A stretch of 63,786 bases of DNA, the filler included, from Octopus bimaculoides (lineage: Eukaryota): NCBI RefSeq assembly GCF_001194135.2. It is 5 parts of 4 records of this genome, joined end to end, with 100 filler letters (N's around TTAATTAATTAA, not from the genome) between each part and the next. Parts side by side here need not be neighbours in the genome. Positions count along the whole stretch, not along the records: positions 1 to 29,345 come from NC_068990.1; positions 29,446 to 43,566 come from NC_068986.1; 3 more parts are not named here. One strand, given 5' to 3'. Made by a program: the position numbers and the translations under genes. Below the pieces are notes generated by a model, which did no database searches, had not been told where the DNA came from, and worked only from the letters and a program-made list of their open reading frames with translations. Positions 23,301 to 37,986 of this stretch are shown here, one piece after another; position 1 is the stretch's first letter; each line of letters starts with the position of its first letter.

Positions 23301-23654
23301 TAAATACCAGCTGAGCACTATGGTTGATGTAATCAACTTACCTTCTCCCTGCAAAATTTCAGGCCTTGCACCACCAGCAGAAAGAATTATCAATATTATT
23401 ATTATTAAGAGGGTGGAAAGATGGCAGAATTGTTAGCATGCCTGGCAAGGTGCTTAGCAGCATTTATTCCATCATTTATTTCTGAGTTCACATTCAGCTA
23501 AGGCCAGCTTTGCCTTTCATCCTTTCAGGGTCAACAAAATAAGTACCAGTTGAGCCCTGGGATTGATATAATAGACTTATACCCTCCCCCAAAATTGCTG
23601 GCCTCGTGCCAAAACTTAAAATGACAATTATTATTATTATTATTATTATTATTA

Positions 23655-23689
<35 letters not shown>

Positions 23690-24484
23690 TTATGTTTGAC
23701 TTTTGTTTTGCATTTGTACAAGTTGGATCCAAGTCTCACCCAGAGACCTCAAGAGACAACAAGTTAGAAGTTCATGTAGGTGTTATGCCTAGGGTACCAT
23801 ATATTTGGATTTGTACAGTTTTGTTCAAGTGAATGTTTAAGAAACCATAAGAAAATTATGTGTTTGCTTTAAAATTTGAGATCACATAGACAGTATTTTA
23901 CGTAGGATNNNNNNNNNNNNNNNNNNNNNNNNNNNNNNNNNNNNNNNNNNNNNNNNNNNNNNNNNNNNNNNNNNNNNNNNNNNNNNNNNNNNNNNNNNNN
24001 NNNNNNNNNNNNNNNNNNNNNNNNNNNNNNNNNNNNNNNNNNNNNNNNNNNNNNNNNNNNNNNNNNNNNNNNNNNNNNNNNNNNNNNNNNNNNNNNNNNN
24101 NNNNNNNNNNNNNNNNNNNNNNNNNNNNNNNNNNNNNNNNNNNNNNNNNNNNNNNNNNNNNNNNNNNNNNNNNNNNNNNNNNNNNNNNNNNNNNNNNNNN
24201 NNNNNNNNNNNNNNNNNNNNNNNNNNNNNNNNNNNNNNNNNNNNNNNNNNNNNNNNNNNNNNNNNNNNNNNNNNNNNNNNNNNNNNNNNNNNNNNNNNNN
24301 NNNNNNNNNNNNNNNNNNNNNNNNNNNNNNNNNNNNNNNNNNNNNNNNNNNNNNNNNNNNNNNNNNNNNNNNNNNNNNNNNNNNNNNNNNNNNNNNNNNN
24401 NNNNNNNNNNNNNNNNNNNNNNNNNNNNNNNNNNNNNNNNNNNNNNNNNNNNNNNNNNNNNNNNNNNNNNNNNNNNNNNNNNNN

Positions 24485-24531
<47 letters not shown>

Positions 24532-24587
24532 CCTTATTATTATTATTATTATTATCATTATTAATATTATTATTATTATTATTATCA

Positions 24588-24663
<76 letters not shown>

Positions 24664-24879
24664 GGCAGTGAGATAGCAGAATGCTTGGTGGAATTTCATC
24701 TGTATTTGTGTTCTGAGTTCAAATTCTGCTGAGATGAACTTTGCCTTTCATCCTTCTGGGGTCGATAAAATAAATACCAGTCAACCACTGGGGATTGATG
24801 TAAATGACTAGCATCAGTTGGAAATACCAAATGAGATTTAAATTAAAAGGATTCATTTTTATGTGGAACTACTATACAA

Positions 24880-25190
24880 CACAAAAGTGTGTGGTTTAGT
24901 GGTCTCACAATCACAAGGCCGTGAGTTCAGTTCCCGGCAACATATTGTGTTCTTGAGCAAGACACTTTATTTCACATTGCTCCAATCAGCTCAGCTGGTA
25001 AAAATGAGTAGTACCTATATTTCAAAGGGCCAGCCTTGTCACACTTCATGTCATGCTGAATCTTCCTGAGAAGTATGTTAAGAGTACACATATCTGCAGA
25101 GTACTCAGCCACATGCATGTTAATTTCACAAGCTGGTTGTTCCATTGATCGGATCAACTGGAACCCTTGTCGTAGTAGCCAATGGAGTAC
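24880..25190 (+). mobile_element. SINE S3
   Basis: ttgtgttcttgagcaagacactttatttcac body; gggccagccttgtcaca...gatcggatcaactggaaccc tail. Confidence 0.75.
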
Positions 25191-25857
25191 CAGTTTTTTT
25201 TGTTTTACTACACAACAAAAGCATATATTTCTTTGCTCCAACTTAACTGTTTGGAGGAGAAAAAAACTTTACTTTTGATAAGCAAATATTTTCTTCAATT
25301 CTAAATTGAGAAAATTGCTTTTAGCAAGTATGTCCCTATAATCTTGAACAGTAGTTAGCATGTGTCTGCAGACAGTAAACAAGAAAAAAAAATATGAACA
25401 AGAATGCTTTTCAGTAGAACATAAAATTTAAAAGTATAAAAAATAATGATTTTTCTATCGATAATGGTATTCAGAATAGTGTCAGTGACTCACTTAGCAA
25501 TAAAAATAACCCCAACAGCACACACAAACAACCACACATTATGCCAAGCAAGAATTTTATAATTGGAAGCAGCATTGCAGTGATTGCTTGCCACAGAGAA
25601 ATTTGGGGCATGGACAAAATCCAGTCTAGAAAAATGTGACAGTGGTGTGTTGCAAAAAACTGCATCTCTTTGCCAATGAATTTATCTGAGTGTGGGCAAG
25701 GAGAAAAGTGTCATAATTCTGCCATATGAAGGAATGGAAGGGCATTTTTTGCGTGCCCTCAAAAGACTAACTGAAGGAAGTCTTGGCTGATGTATGAGGT
25801 AATGTGGAGTCAATTGAGCAGTCAATACTATATGATGTTGTCTGTCTGATCTTCTAC

Positions 25858-26084
25858 ACTATAATGCACAAGGCCTGAAATTTGGGAGAGGTGGATGATT
25901 GATTACATTGACCCAGTACTTAGCTGGTACTTATTTTATGAAGCTGAAAAGGATGAAAGACAAAGTTGACCTCAGTGGAATTTGAACTCAGATCATGCAG
26001 ACGGACAAACAGTACAAACCCCCGGTAGACATAATATCTTCAGTCAACAACCTCGTGATATTGTATACTGTGCAATGTCTGTAA

Positions 26085-26115
<31 letters not shown>

Positions 26116-26152
26116 AAGAAGAAGAAGAAGAATGATGATGATGATGATGATG

Positions 26153-26206
<54 letters not shown>

Positions 26207-26600
26207 GTTTCAAACTTTGGCACAAGGCAAGCAGGTTTGTGGGTAAGGGTTAAATTGATTATAACAATCCCAATGTTCAACTGCTACTTATTTTATTGGC
26301 CCCCAAAAGGATGAAAAGCATAGTCAACCATGACAGAATTTGAACTCAGAATGGACATCCAGCATGGAAACAATTTTGCCAGCTTGCCACCATAAATAAT
26401 AATAATAACAATAATCCTTTCTACTATAGGCACAAGGCCTGAAATTTTGGAGCAGGGAGCTAGTTGATTACATTGACCACAATGCATGCTGGAAAGATAA
26501 AAGACAAAGTCAACCTTGGCAGAATTTGAACTCAATGTAAGGACAGACAAAATGCCACTAAGCATTTTTTTCCAGCATGGAAACAATTCTGCCAGCTTGC
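25858..26600 (-). mobile_element. Cluster of about three S2 fragments separated by (AAG)n/(ATG)n/(AAT)n
   Basis: Repeated gcacaaggcctgaaattt...aaaggatgaaag...gaatttgaactcag. Confidence 0.65.
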
Positions 26601-26702
26601 TGGCTTAAATGATGATGATGATGATGAGGAGGAGGAGGANNNNNNNNNNAAGAAGAAGAAGAAGAAGAAGAAGAAGAAGAAGAAGAAGAAGAAGAAGAAG
26701 AA

Positions 26703-27357
26703 GAAGCAGCCCTGATGCAGTACCAGGCAGTGGCTCTCATGGCTTCTGACCTTAACTGATTGGAAGTGATATCATGTACATTGTTTTGTTTTGATACAAA
26801 AGATAGGATACAGCAAATATTTTGCTCAATACCACAGATTTGCTTGTCAGTTGCTTGATCTTAACCAGTTGAGTATGTCCCTTGGTGACTGACGATATGT
26901 NNNNNNNNNNGTTGAGTATGTCCCTTGGTGACTGACGATATGTGCATCTCTGATCATGAGCAGAAGTAGTGGGGGAGCATCATAGCCATGTGTTGAGGGG
27001 AACTCTTTAGGTTTGAATAATTCACCTTTGGAAACATGGGTGTTTCATTCAACATCCTTAAACAACCCTTATTCAGGGAACTTTGAGTGGGATGGGCTCT
27101 TGACNNNNNNNNNNACAACCCTTATTCAGGGAACTTTGAGTGGGATGGGCTCTTGACCCGACAAAAATTCTAACTAGGCCCCCACTTGCAAGGTCATGTG
27201 CTGTTTATTTTGATATAAAGTCACCATGTCGCGCACATATAGTTATGATGCATGTGCCTGGTGTACCCTTACCCGACAGGTTGTCATGATGGGTATATTG
27301 GGCCTCGTATATTTTACCTCAGTGTCACTTTGATGGCATGCACCGCTCTCTCACTCA

Positions 27358-27360
<3 letters not shown>
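26703..27360 (+). repeat. ~650-bp unclassified non-coding interspersed repeat between (AAG)n and (AAT)n
   Basis: Second copy at 23075-23300 (minus); no coding similarity recognised. Confidence 0.65.
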
Positions 27361-27422
<62 letters not shown>

Positions 27423-27758
27423 AATAGTAATAATCAATTAAACAAACTGAAAATTCAGAAATTTTTGTATGCATTAAAGTTCAACACACTACTGTATGGA
27501 AGTGCTAATTTAGGAACTATTGGGCCACAAGTGAAACAAAGGACTCAAAATGTAAGGAACTGAAAATTTATATCTCTTTAAGTCTTTTGTTACAAACTTC
27601 GCTATTATCTTTTACCCCGACACATGAAGTGAAGCATACTTCATATTGAAACCAAAATACCTGAATAATTGAATATATATGCAAATATATCTATAATGAA
27701 AGGAAGATGAGCCGTATCTTTATCTATATCTATATCTTTTTCTCTATATATTCGTATG

Positions 27759-27826
<68 letters not shown>

Positions 27827-27832
<6 letters not shown>

Positions 27833-28092
27833 TGACTACTGACCGAGACCTTTGGAAATGTGCTGTGCGTGAGAAGACCCGGCAAGCCAAGTAAGATCGT
27901 TGCCAGTGCCCCTGGACTGGCTCTTGTGCGGGTGGCACATGAGATGCACCATTTTGAGCGTGGCCGTTTTCGTGTGGGTGACACGTAAAAGCACCCACTA
28001 CACTCTCTGAGTGGTTGGCGTTAGGAAGGGCATCCAGCTGTAGAAACTCTGCCAAATTAGATTGGAGCCTGGTGTTGCCATCCGGTTTCACC
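27827..28092 (+). mobile_element. RTE LINE 3-prime end (ORF terminus plus 3-prime UTR)
   Basis: MTTDRDLWKCAVREKTRQAK* followed by the tail shared by the other RTE-tail copies. Confidence 0.75.
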
Positions 28093-28827
28093 AGTCCTCA
28101 GTCAAATCGTTANNNNNNNNNNNNNNNNNNNNNNNNNNNNNNNNNNNNNNNNNNNNNNNNNNNNNNNNNNNNNNNNNNNNNNNNNNNNNNNNNNNNNNNN
28201 NNNNNNNNNNNNNNNNNNNNNNNNNNNNNNNNNNNNNNNNNNNNNNNNNNNNNNNNNNNNNNNNNNNNNNNNNNNNNNNNNNNNNNNNNNNNNNNNNNNN
28301 NNNNNNNNNNNNNNNNNNNNNNNNNNNNNNNNNNNNNNNNNNNNNNNNNNNNNNNNNNNNNNNNNNNNNNNNNNNNNNNNNNNNNNNNNNNNNNNNNNNN
28401 NNNNNNNNNNNNNNNNNNNNNNNNNNNNNNNNNNNNNNNNNNNNNNNNNNNNNNNNNNNNNNNNNNNNNNNNNNNNNNNNNNNNNNNNNNNNNNNNNNNN
28501 NNNNNNNNNNNNNNNNNNNNNNNNNNNNNNNNNNNNNNNNNNNNNNNNNNNNNNNNNNNNNNNNNNNNNNNNNNNNNNNNNNNNNNNNNNNNNNNNNNNN
28601 NNNNNNNNNNNNNNNNNNNNNNNNNNNNNNNNNNNNNNNNNNNNNNNNNNNNNNNNNNNNNNNNNNNNNNNNNNNNNNNNNNNNNNNNNNNNNNNNNNNN
28701 NNNNNNNNNNNNNNNNNNNNNNNNNNNNNNNNNNNNNNNNNNNNNNNNNNNNNNNNNNNNNNNNNNNNNNNNNNNNNNNNNNNNNNNNNNNNNNNNNNNN
28801 NNNNNNNNNNNNNNNNNNNNNNNNNNN

Positions 28828-28871
<44 letters not shown>

Positions 28872-29389
28872 TATGTGTATATATATATGTGTGTGTATAT
28901 GTGTGTAGGTATATATATATGTATATATGTATATGTGTGTGTAGGTAGGTAGGTATGTTGGTAGGTAATTACATACATATATATATGCATATATATATTC
29001 ATATATACATATATTCTTCATTATCAATTCTTGAAAACTTAGAAAATTCATCACTACCCATTTATTCACTGACAACTAAGTCTACATTTCTTCGTGTTCC
29101 TGTTGATTTATTAGTAAATGTTGTGTATATATATCTACGTATAAACCTAGATACATTTTATAAATATATACACAAGCATGTATGGTATTTACATACATAT
29201 ATGCATGTATACATATATGTGTGTGTGTGTCTGAGTGTGTGTATTATATGTGTAAAGGTGTATGTGTGTGTGTGTGAGTGTATGCATGTGAATGTATATG
29301 TATACATATATATAATTTCTGCATACATAAATGTATTTGTGTGTGNNNNNNNNNNNNNNNNNNNNNNNNNNNNNNNNNNNNNNNNNNNN

Positions 29390-29401
29390 TTAATTAATTA
29401 A
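29390..29401. other. Artificial gap spacer TTAATTAATTAA (also 43611-43622, 60188-60199, 62532-62543)
   Basis: Identical palindromic 12-mer with stops in all six frames, always embedded between N runs. Confidence 0.85.
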
Positions 29402-29787
29402 NNNNNNNNNNNNNNNNNNNNNNNNNNNNNNNNNNNNNNNNNNNNATATATATATATATATATATACGATGGGCTTCTTTCAGTTTCCGACTACCAAATC
29501 CTCTCACAAGGCTTCAGTCGGCCCGACGCCGTATTAGAAGACACTTCTCCAAGGTACCACGCAGTGACACTGAGCACGGAACCATGTTGTTGGTAAGCAA
29601 GCTATTTACCACACAGCCTTTATGTACATATATGTGCATATACATGCATATTTATTCTTTGTATTATATATATATGTGTGTGTGTGTGTGTATTTATGTA
29701 TGTATGTATGTATATATATGTATGTGCAGGAGTGGCTTTGTGCTATATATATGTGTGTGTGTATGTGTGTATGTGTGTGTGTGTGTA

Positions 29788-29829
<42 letters not shown>

Positions 29830-29986
29830 TGTGTCTGTGTTTGTCACCCCGCCACCATCGCTTGACAACCGATATTGGTGTGTTTACGTCCGTGTAACAC
29901 CTGGGGGTGATTTGTTCAACTAAAGGCGGTGCTCCCGCATGGCTGCAGTCAAATACCAGAAACAAGCAAAGGAATAAAAGAATATG

Positions 29987-30024
<38 letters not shown>

Positions 30025-30044
30025 CACAGTAACATGGTGTAATC

Positions 30045-30780
30045 AGAACCAAGGTGAGATGACAAAGAGAATTATTAAGGAAAAAAGACATGGAACACAT
30101 TTTAGTTGGCAATTTGAGATGCAGGAAAAATTAGTTTACACATCTTCTACGATATTCTACGGTGCGAGTGTCAAAAGCGCGAAGTGTTCAAAATAGTGAG
30201 CCAGTATACCAGCATAAATCATAGTATTGTTTGTTGGGCAAAGAGGCATTCAGAGCGATAATGGTTTACTTGCTCTCACTGACAGAGAAAAGAAAGGGAC
30301 ATGGAAACAAAATTCTGAGGGACTCCTGAATATGGAGTATGCATGTGGAGTAAGAGTCCAGTCCAAGTGGTTAGAGTCCTTCTCTCAGCAATATGGTAGA
30401 CAGAGTGATGAAAGCTATGAAAGCAGCTGGTCCATCGGAAATAGTTCCTGGGAGGTTTAAAATAACTGGCGAAGTAGAGTTTCTTATAGTCACTCGAATA
30501 GACAATGGGATAATAGAAGAAATTGTCATACCATTGACTAGTATAGTAGAATTAAACAGTTACAAAGTTAAAGCGATGCACTGGAGAGAAGAAACTACGA
30601 GAGCGTCAGATTGTTGGATCAGGAGTTTTTGAGAAATATATTTGGAGTAGGATTAGCCTAGACGAGATGCTGTTTGATTTTGTTTCAGGAACAGGTTCAC
30701 CGATACCATTTTCCTAGTGAGACCACTTCAAGAGAATTACTTTAGCTAGAAGTAAGCCTATATACGCGAAGACCTGGGCA
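30045..30780 (+). mobile_element. RTE-clade LINE reverse transcriptase remnant
   Basis: IQSDNGLLALTDREKKGTWKQ; KAMKAAGPSEIV; DEMLFDFVSGTG; DTIFLVRPLQENY (cf. DEMQFGFVPGRGTTDAIFLVRQLQEKY). Confidence 0.85.
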
Positions 30781-31554
30781 AAGTTTACGGCAGTGTCCTT
30801 TGTTCTATCATCTAATTTCATTTAGAGCATCTTCTTTGACAGCAGTTTAATTTTGCAACAAATGAGTGATCTGTGATGCAGTCAGTACTCTGGAAGGATC
30901 TAGTCATAAGTGTATACTTCAATTGGCAGTTCATTGTGAATATCAGGTAAAGTTCGTGCCAGTGTTTGAAGCAGGAATGTCTCCAAAATATTTGTCCTGA
31001 GATTTGTTTTGGAAGTAAGTCTTCGAAATTAACGTATGATATTTTGTATAATGGATGTATGTGCAATGTTTGAAATGTATATTATATAAGTGCTTTGCAA
31101 ATATGTATATTTTATGAAAATTGTAATATATTTTATACGGAAATTGATTTATATTAACCATAAGAAATATATGCAATGAACGAATACACAATAAGGTTTA
31201 TATATTGCAATATTTCACCGTAACAGCTTTATATATGACATGTTATAATGACATTTATATTATATCAATGAAATGCATGCTACATTGATTATTGACAAAA
31301 TATATACTTTTATAGTAGAACATATTTGATCAGAACCAAGCCTAACAATATATGATATGTGGTGATACGTTTCTATCAAATCTATAGACTGTATATTGTG
31401 TTGATGCATTTATTAAAGACCATTTTAGGCTCATTTCTTTTTAAATGTAGATATTTTGACGGCACGGGAATACTAGTACGTGCGAGTGCCTCTATGTGTG
31501 TATTGTGTGTATGTATACGTATGTACGTGTATATACATGCATATTTATATATTG

Positions 31555-31604
<50 letters not shown>

Positions 31605-31666
31605 GTGTGTGTATACATAAATGTATGTGTGTTTATGAATGTATATACGTGTTATGTATATAGATA

Positions 31667-31697
<31 letters not shown>

Positions 31698-31810
31698 ATG
31701 CACATATATAAAGACATACATACAAAAATATACATATATACATACGTACCTACATATATGTGTGTGTGCGTATGTATATACGTAGAAATATATATATATA
31801 TATATATATA

Positions 31811-32213
31811 GGCGCAGGCGTGGCTGTGTGTTAAGCCTGCTTCCCAACTGCATGGTTCTGGGTTCAGTCCCACTGCGTGGCACCTTGGGCGAGTGTCTTC
31901 TATGGCCTGGGGCCGACTAAAGCCTTGTGAGAGGATTTGGTAGACGGAAACTGAAAGAAGGCCGTCGTATGTATGTATATATGTGCGCGCGCGTGTGTGT
32001 GCGCGCGCATGCGTGCATGTATGCGTGCGTGTGTGTGTGTATGTGTGTGTGTGTGTGTGTGTCCACCACTGCTTGACAACTGATGTTGTCTTGTTTATGT
32101 CCCCGTAACGTGGCGGTTCGGCAAAAGAGACCGATACAATAAGTACTAGGCCTACAAAGAATAAATCCTAGGAAAGGCGGTGCCCCAGCATGGCCGCAGT
32201 CAAATGACTGAAA
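31811..32213 (+). mobile_element. SINE S1, full length, CpG-rich internal microsatellite
   Basis: ggcgcaggcgtggctgtgtg head; interior (gc)n/(gt)n mix; standard tail. Confidence 0.85.
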
Positions 32214-32602
32214 AAAAATGTATGCATATGTATAAATTGCAGAAGTCATTTGGATGTAGGGTGTGTCATAAGTATATATATATATATATATATATATNNN
32301 NNNNNNNNNNNNNNNNNNNNNNNNNNNNNNNNNNNNNNNNNNNNNNNNNNNNNNNNNNNNNNNNNNNNNNNNNNNNNNNNNNNNNNNNNNNNNNNNNNNN
32401 NNNNNNNNNNNNNNNNNNNNNNNNNNNNNNNNNNNNNNNNNNNNNNNNNNNNNNNNNNNNNNNNNNNNNNNNNNNNNNNNNNNNNNNNNNNNNNNNNNNN
32501 NNNNNNNNNNNNNNNNNNNNNNNNNNNNNNNNNNNNNNNNNNNNNNNNNNNNNNNNNNNNNNNNNNNNNNNNNNNNNNNNNNNNNNNNNNNNNNNNNNNN
32601 NN

Positions 32603-32691
<89 letters not shown>

Positions 32692-34233
32692 GCAGGCTTC
32701 CACTCAGTTACCGCCTACCAAGTTAGCCTGAGGCTTTCAAAGGGGCCACACACACACATACTTTCACCTGTGCTTTTTGTATGCGCGTTTTAATGTTTCA
32801 ATGGATACATAATATATATATATAATATATAATGTATATATTATTCACTTCTGTATACGAAGTGAATGTCTCTATACGAATTTATTGTTTGCTATATACA
32901 TTATTCTTTATTTAAATTTAAATTTTCCATGCAATGAATTGATTAATTATGAGCAAATGTTAATATATTATCTAAAATGTACATAATGAGCTTACTCGAG
33001 CATAGATCTTTTTTGTTTTAAATTTTACTTTTTAGTATTTATTTATTTTAATTTTTATTCATTTATTTATTTGTTGATTTTCTAAAACATAATAACGTAT
33101 CACTTGTTTCATACCTTCAGCAAACATCTTGTAAGAGAGGAGGATATATCAAATGCAACTACTACTATAAGAGAATCAGCATTGTTCGTGAAAAGAAAAC
33201 TGAAGAGGGAAATGACTAGTTGTAGCCTGATTGCAATTCAGTTGCTGCAGCACATCTTTATCAGCGAATGCCACTGACATTTTCCACGTTGAGATAGGTT
33301 CATGTAGCACTTCGGTTTTTCCTTCTAAATGACGTCATTTGGATGACTCGTGAACAAAGATATCTGTAAAATGATCGGAGCATTACTGGGAGAGATTCAT
33401 GGTAGCATATATTCAGGAGGGTGATGGCAGGCTAGAAGTAATCTAGTTGTTTAACCCCTGTTTTTATTGAACCGATCTAAGATCAAAGACTTTCAAGCCT
33501 TTTTTTTTCTTTTTTTTTCTTTACTTATACGTCTTTTCGTGTATTAAAGGACTATATTATTATCCAATGTGTACTTCCTGATTTAAGATTATTATTATTA
33601 TCATAGTGTGTTTAGCTTGATGAAATTTGGCTGCTATTTCTAGCAGGTCAAGTGACTACGTAGAGGCTCTTTGGAGGTAGGTAGAGATGAAAGGTTGTAA
33701 ATGAAAGGATGGAAATCTAATTAAATAACGTATCGAGTATAAAAGTCACAACTACAAGCTTTTCTCATGTGCTAATTAGACACGTTAGTGAGACCTATTA
33801 CGCTCGCAACAGTGGTTTTATACCTAAGCAAACTTAAACCATTTAAAGTCTATCCAAGAAACGTTCCAATTGATACGAAGGACTGAGAGAAAAGAAGGAA
33901 TTTAGTTTGTGTGTGCGCGTAGTGAAACACTAGGTGAAGAGGAAGCAAAGATGACGATAAGAATAATTATAAAGTCGATCGCTTAATCAATACAAAACAA
34001 AGGTAAGTATATCTGGTGAGTTGATGAATGAGATATCGCTTATTGGAATTTATATTTGATGCTGTTGTTTATATTTAAGTTAAGATTAAAGCAGTAGACA
34101 TAATAGGTAAACAATGACAGTCTTCAATATGGGTATCGATAATAGTTGTATGCAGGAGAAGGAAATAAATTGCGAATATGATGAACAATAAAAGAAAGGC
34201 TGTATGTGTGTGTGTGTGTGTATGTACATATAT

Positions 34234-34313
<80 letters not shown>

Positions 34314-34589
34314 AAAAGAGAACGCAAGAGGGGGCAAGGTTTAACAAATAATGTATTTGCTTAACGCTTAAATGAGAAAGAAATGATGAATATGTTTGGG
34401 GGGCAATGTTTTATTGAAAGATAATTTTAAATGAGAAATTAATATGAAATATTGTTAAAATTCTGAATTAGTTAAATGATCTAACTGTAGAAATTATGTC
34501 TAATTTTCGTTAAATGAAAGGAAATCTTGATGAGAAAAAAAAATCAATTTCCGTAATTTCCACTGTTTATTTCTGCCTTCGTAAGTGAT

Positions 34590-34791
<202 letters not shown>

Positions 34792-37214
34792 NNNNNNNNN
34801 NNNNNNNNNNNNNNNNNNNNNNNNNNNNNNNNNNNNNNNNNNNNNNNNNNNNNNNNNNNNNNNNNNNNNNNNNNNNNNNNNNNNNNNNNNNNNNNNNNNN
34901 NNNNNNNNNNNNNNNNNNNNNNNNNNNNNNNNNNNNNNNNNNNNNNNNNNNNNNNNNNNNNNNNNNNNNNNNNNNNNNNNNNNNNNNNNNNNNNNNNNNN
35001 NNNNNNNNNNNNNNNNNNNNNNNNNNNNNNNNNNNNNNNNNNNNNNNNNNNNNNNNNNNNNNNNNNNNNNNNNNNNNNNNNNNNNNNNNNNNNNNNNNNN
35101 NNNNNNNNNNNNNNNNNNNNNNNNNNNNNGACGACGCCAGCAATAATAACGATGCCGACCACAATGACGGTAACCACTAGAGTAATAAGTGATAGCAGAA
35201 GCAGCAGTTAGTTTTTCCATAGCCATAACACAAATTCAGAAATCTACAGTGTTTTGTTAGAGTAGCTGTCTAGTTGCAATGACAAATTGCTTTAGCTGGG
35301 AATGTTATATGATTAAAAGTAACAATTAGGAAACATTTCAATAAAATATAACAGCATCAGAAGTGATAGTTATCTGATTAGGCGAATACTACTATTATAA
35401 TTACTGACACTGTCATTGTTAATTAAAAATTTGAGAAAGGTATAAACGCCAAACAATCTATGTTTCCTTTTCTAAAAATCAGGTGCTTTGTGCCGAATCG
35501 AAAGAAATCAATTTCTCCGACGTTTATTTGTTTAGCTATAATTTATTGTAGTCGCATTCTTAAACACTGTTATATAATTTATTATATTTAGATTACATGT
35601 AGCACTGCTACGAAAACTTTATCACAACTGGTAGCATTAAACCTTTATCATGAATAATAGTTGCAAGGTTACAGGGTCCCATGATTTTAGGGCAGCAGAA
35701 ATGAAATATGTCTTCCTGAAGGCCATTAGCAGCGTAAAAGAAGTAAAAATGGCTAACACTAGGACCAAAAGTGATTGATCACTCTAAGCTCCAATGGCTG
35801 ATTTTGCTTTCTTGCGAAAAAAAAAGCCATAAATTCTGTAGGACAAATAGAAAGAAAGCATTTGACATACATACCTCTATAAATGCAGGAATCTAATTTT
35901 TTATGGAAATATAAAATGCATTGAAATAATGCATAAATATATATGCATATTTCATCTTGATACTAGGAGACCAGTATCATTTTTTTTTTCATCATTAGCT
36001 CTTGGTTAGAGGTAGGTAGGGAAATCCGCAGGGAAATGTTTACATTTTCCTGTGGATTTCCCCACTTTTATGCTTTCATTGTTCTCTTCAGCATAAAGTT
36101 GAAAAATCGATAACCATTATATTAGAGAAATAACCTTAGCTCTCAATCCTTTCATCCATCAATCATTTTGTCAATCACGTAGTATTCCATGTTCAAACTA
36201 ATGCCCAGCTTTAAAATACTGTCTTTGGCATTCAGAAACGCGTTTTCTGTTTCTCATTTTAGTTCGTTAAACTTAATACTGTATGTATCAGCATTGTTGA
36301 ACATACTATCCATGATTCATCGCTTGTACAGGCCATAGGAAGCAAGACATTTTAAGTTTTACTCCCTTTAATGGCATTCTAGCTATTATCACTTGTAAAA
36401 AATAAAATAATGATACAGGAACCACGACAAATTAGTGAAAGCTCGAGAAACAATGCATTTCCCACACTTCTGGATGAAATTATTCACCATGACTATAATG
36501 TCTTCTCAGACGTGGGCGTTAACAATTGAGTCCGGCTACAAACTAAGCTTCCGCTAGTTCATGTAAGTTTAGTTCTTCATATATCAAACCCAAGTGATCA
36601 TTCAAATGATTTACATCAGTTATTTTTCGCCGTTCAGGAAAACGATTTTTTGAAACGCCATTATCATTATCACAAAAGTAATGTTGACAAGCCATGCATT
36701 TTAGTGTTTTCTTTATGCCGTGTGCATCAAAGCAGGCTGATGTAATGTTTGAAAATGGGACCGAAAAGACTGTTATATCATTGATTGATCTAAATTTTAT
36801 TGTTCTTAAAAGGCCAAGTTTAATCCCATTATGTCGACATTTCGCATCAGCTGGAGGCTTTCTGCTTTAGGGAAATTAATTTTCAGAACTACAAATAGCT
36901 GCTTCCAAAAATTTGATTAATATTTAGTGAAGATCCATTGTTCTTTTATAGACTGATGAGAGAGTAGAGGTTGTGAAACAATGAGAATATTATTGGATTA
37001 TTACGAGAAAAACTTAGCTGTTAAGCTAATTAAAAGCTCATACATTATATATTTAAGTATTCATAAGACTTATTTTCAGTTGTGTAGTCTTCCTTAGAAT
37101 TCTGTAAATTCAGTATTTTATAGCAGAATTTTAAAGACAGTTTTATATGTAAATTTTGACTGAATATTTTCTAAATTAATTTAAGCCAATGTATCATGCT
37201 AGCTTAATATTGGT

Positions 37215-37890
37215 TTCATATTTTAGCTCATGAGCAGCAATTCCGAGTGGCGAGGTAAGTCGTTTACATCGACTCCAGTGTTCAACTAGCACTTATTCTA
37301 TCTATCCCGAATAGATGAAAAGCAAAGTCGAACGCGGTGGAATTAGAACCCAGAACATAAAGACGGACGAAATGCTGCTAAGCATTTTGCCGGCGTACTG
37401 ACGATTAGGCCAGCTCGCCTCCTACTCTATCTTACTATTGATATGTAATTCATTATAACGAGTAATATTGCAATATTCTTTAAAGAAAATAAAGCGGCGA
37501 GCTGGCAGAGTCGTTAGCAACGCCGAGCAACATGTTTAGCATTTTGTCCGTCCTTACATTCTGAGTTCGAATTCTGCCAAGTTCGTCTTTTTGTAGTCGA
37601 TTTACCCCTTCCCCGGAAATTACTAGCCTTGTTCCTAAATTTGAAATTAACATTTCTTTTTTGTTTTTTTTAAGAAAATAAGGCGGTGAGGTGGCAGAAT
37701 TGTTAACACGCCGAGCAGAACGCTTAGTGGCATTTCGTCTTCATGTTCTGAATTCAAATTTCACCCAGGTAGATTCTGTTTTTCATACTTTCGGAGTTGA
37801 TAAAATAAGTACCGGCCGTATACTGGGGTCAATGTAATTGACTTAAACCTTCTCCCAAAATTGCTTACCTTGTTCCAAAAATCTGAAACC
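37215..37890. mobile_element. Three S2 copies: one minus (37215-37420), two plus (37495-37650, 37681-37890)
   Basis: S2 head ggcg(a/g)(g/t)g..ggcaga(g/a)t.gttagca and tail ccaaaatttgaaa in each. Confidence 0.7.
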
Positions 37891-37986
37891 AATATTTAAA
37901 AAATAGAGTTGTTGACACATTTGCACTATTTGTTCAGACACAGACAATACTGAAGCCTACAGTTTTATTTTATATTGTATTTTAGA

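Noticed and set aside
26861-27160. Direct repeats either side of short N gaps (gttgagtatgtcccttggtgactgacgatatgt; acaacccttattcagggaac...)
   Set aside because: Pattern of unmerged contig overlaps rather than real duplications
36950-36990. CUGAUGA...GAAAC
   Set aside because: The intervening sequence cannot form stem II and no NUH or stem I follows
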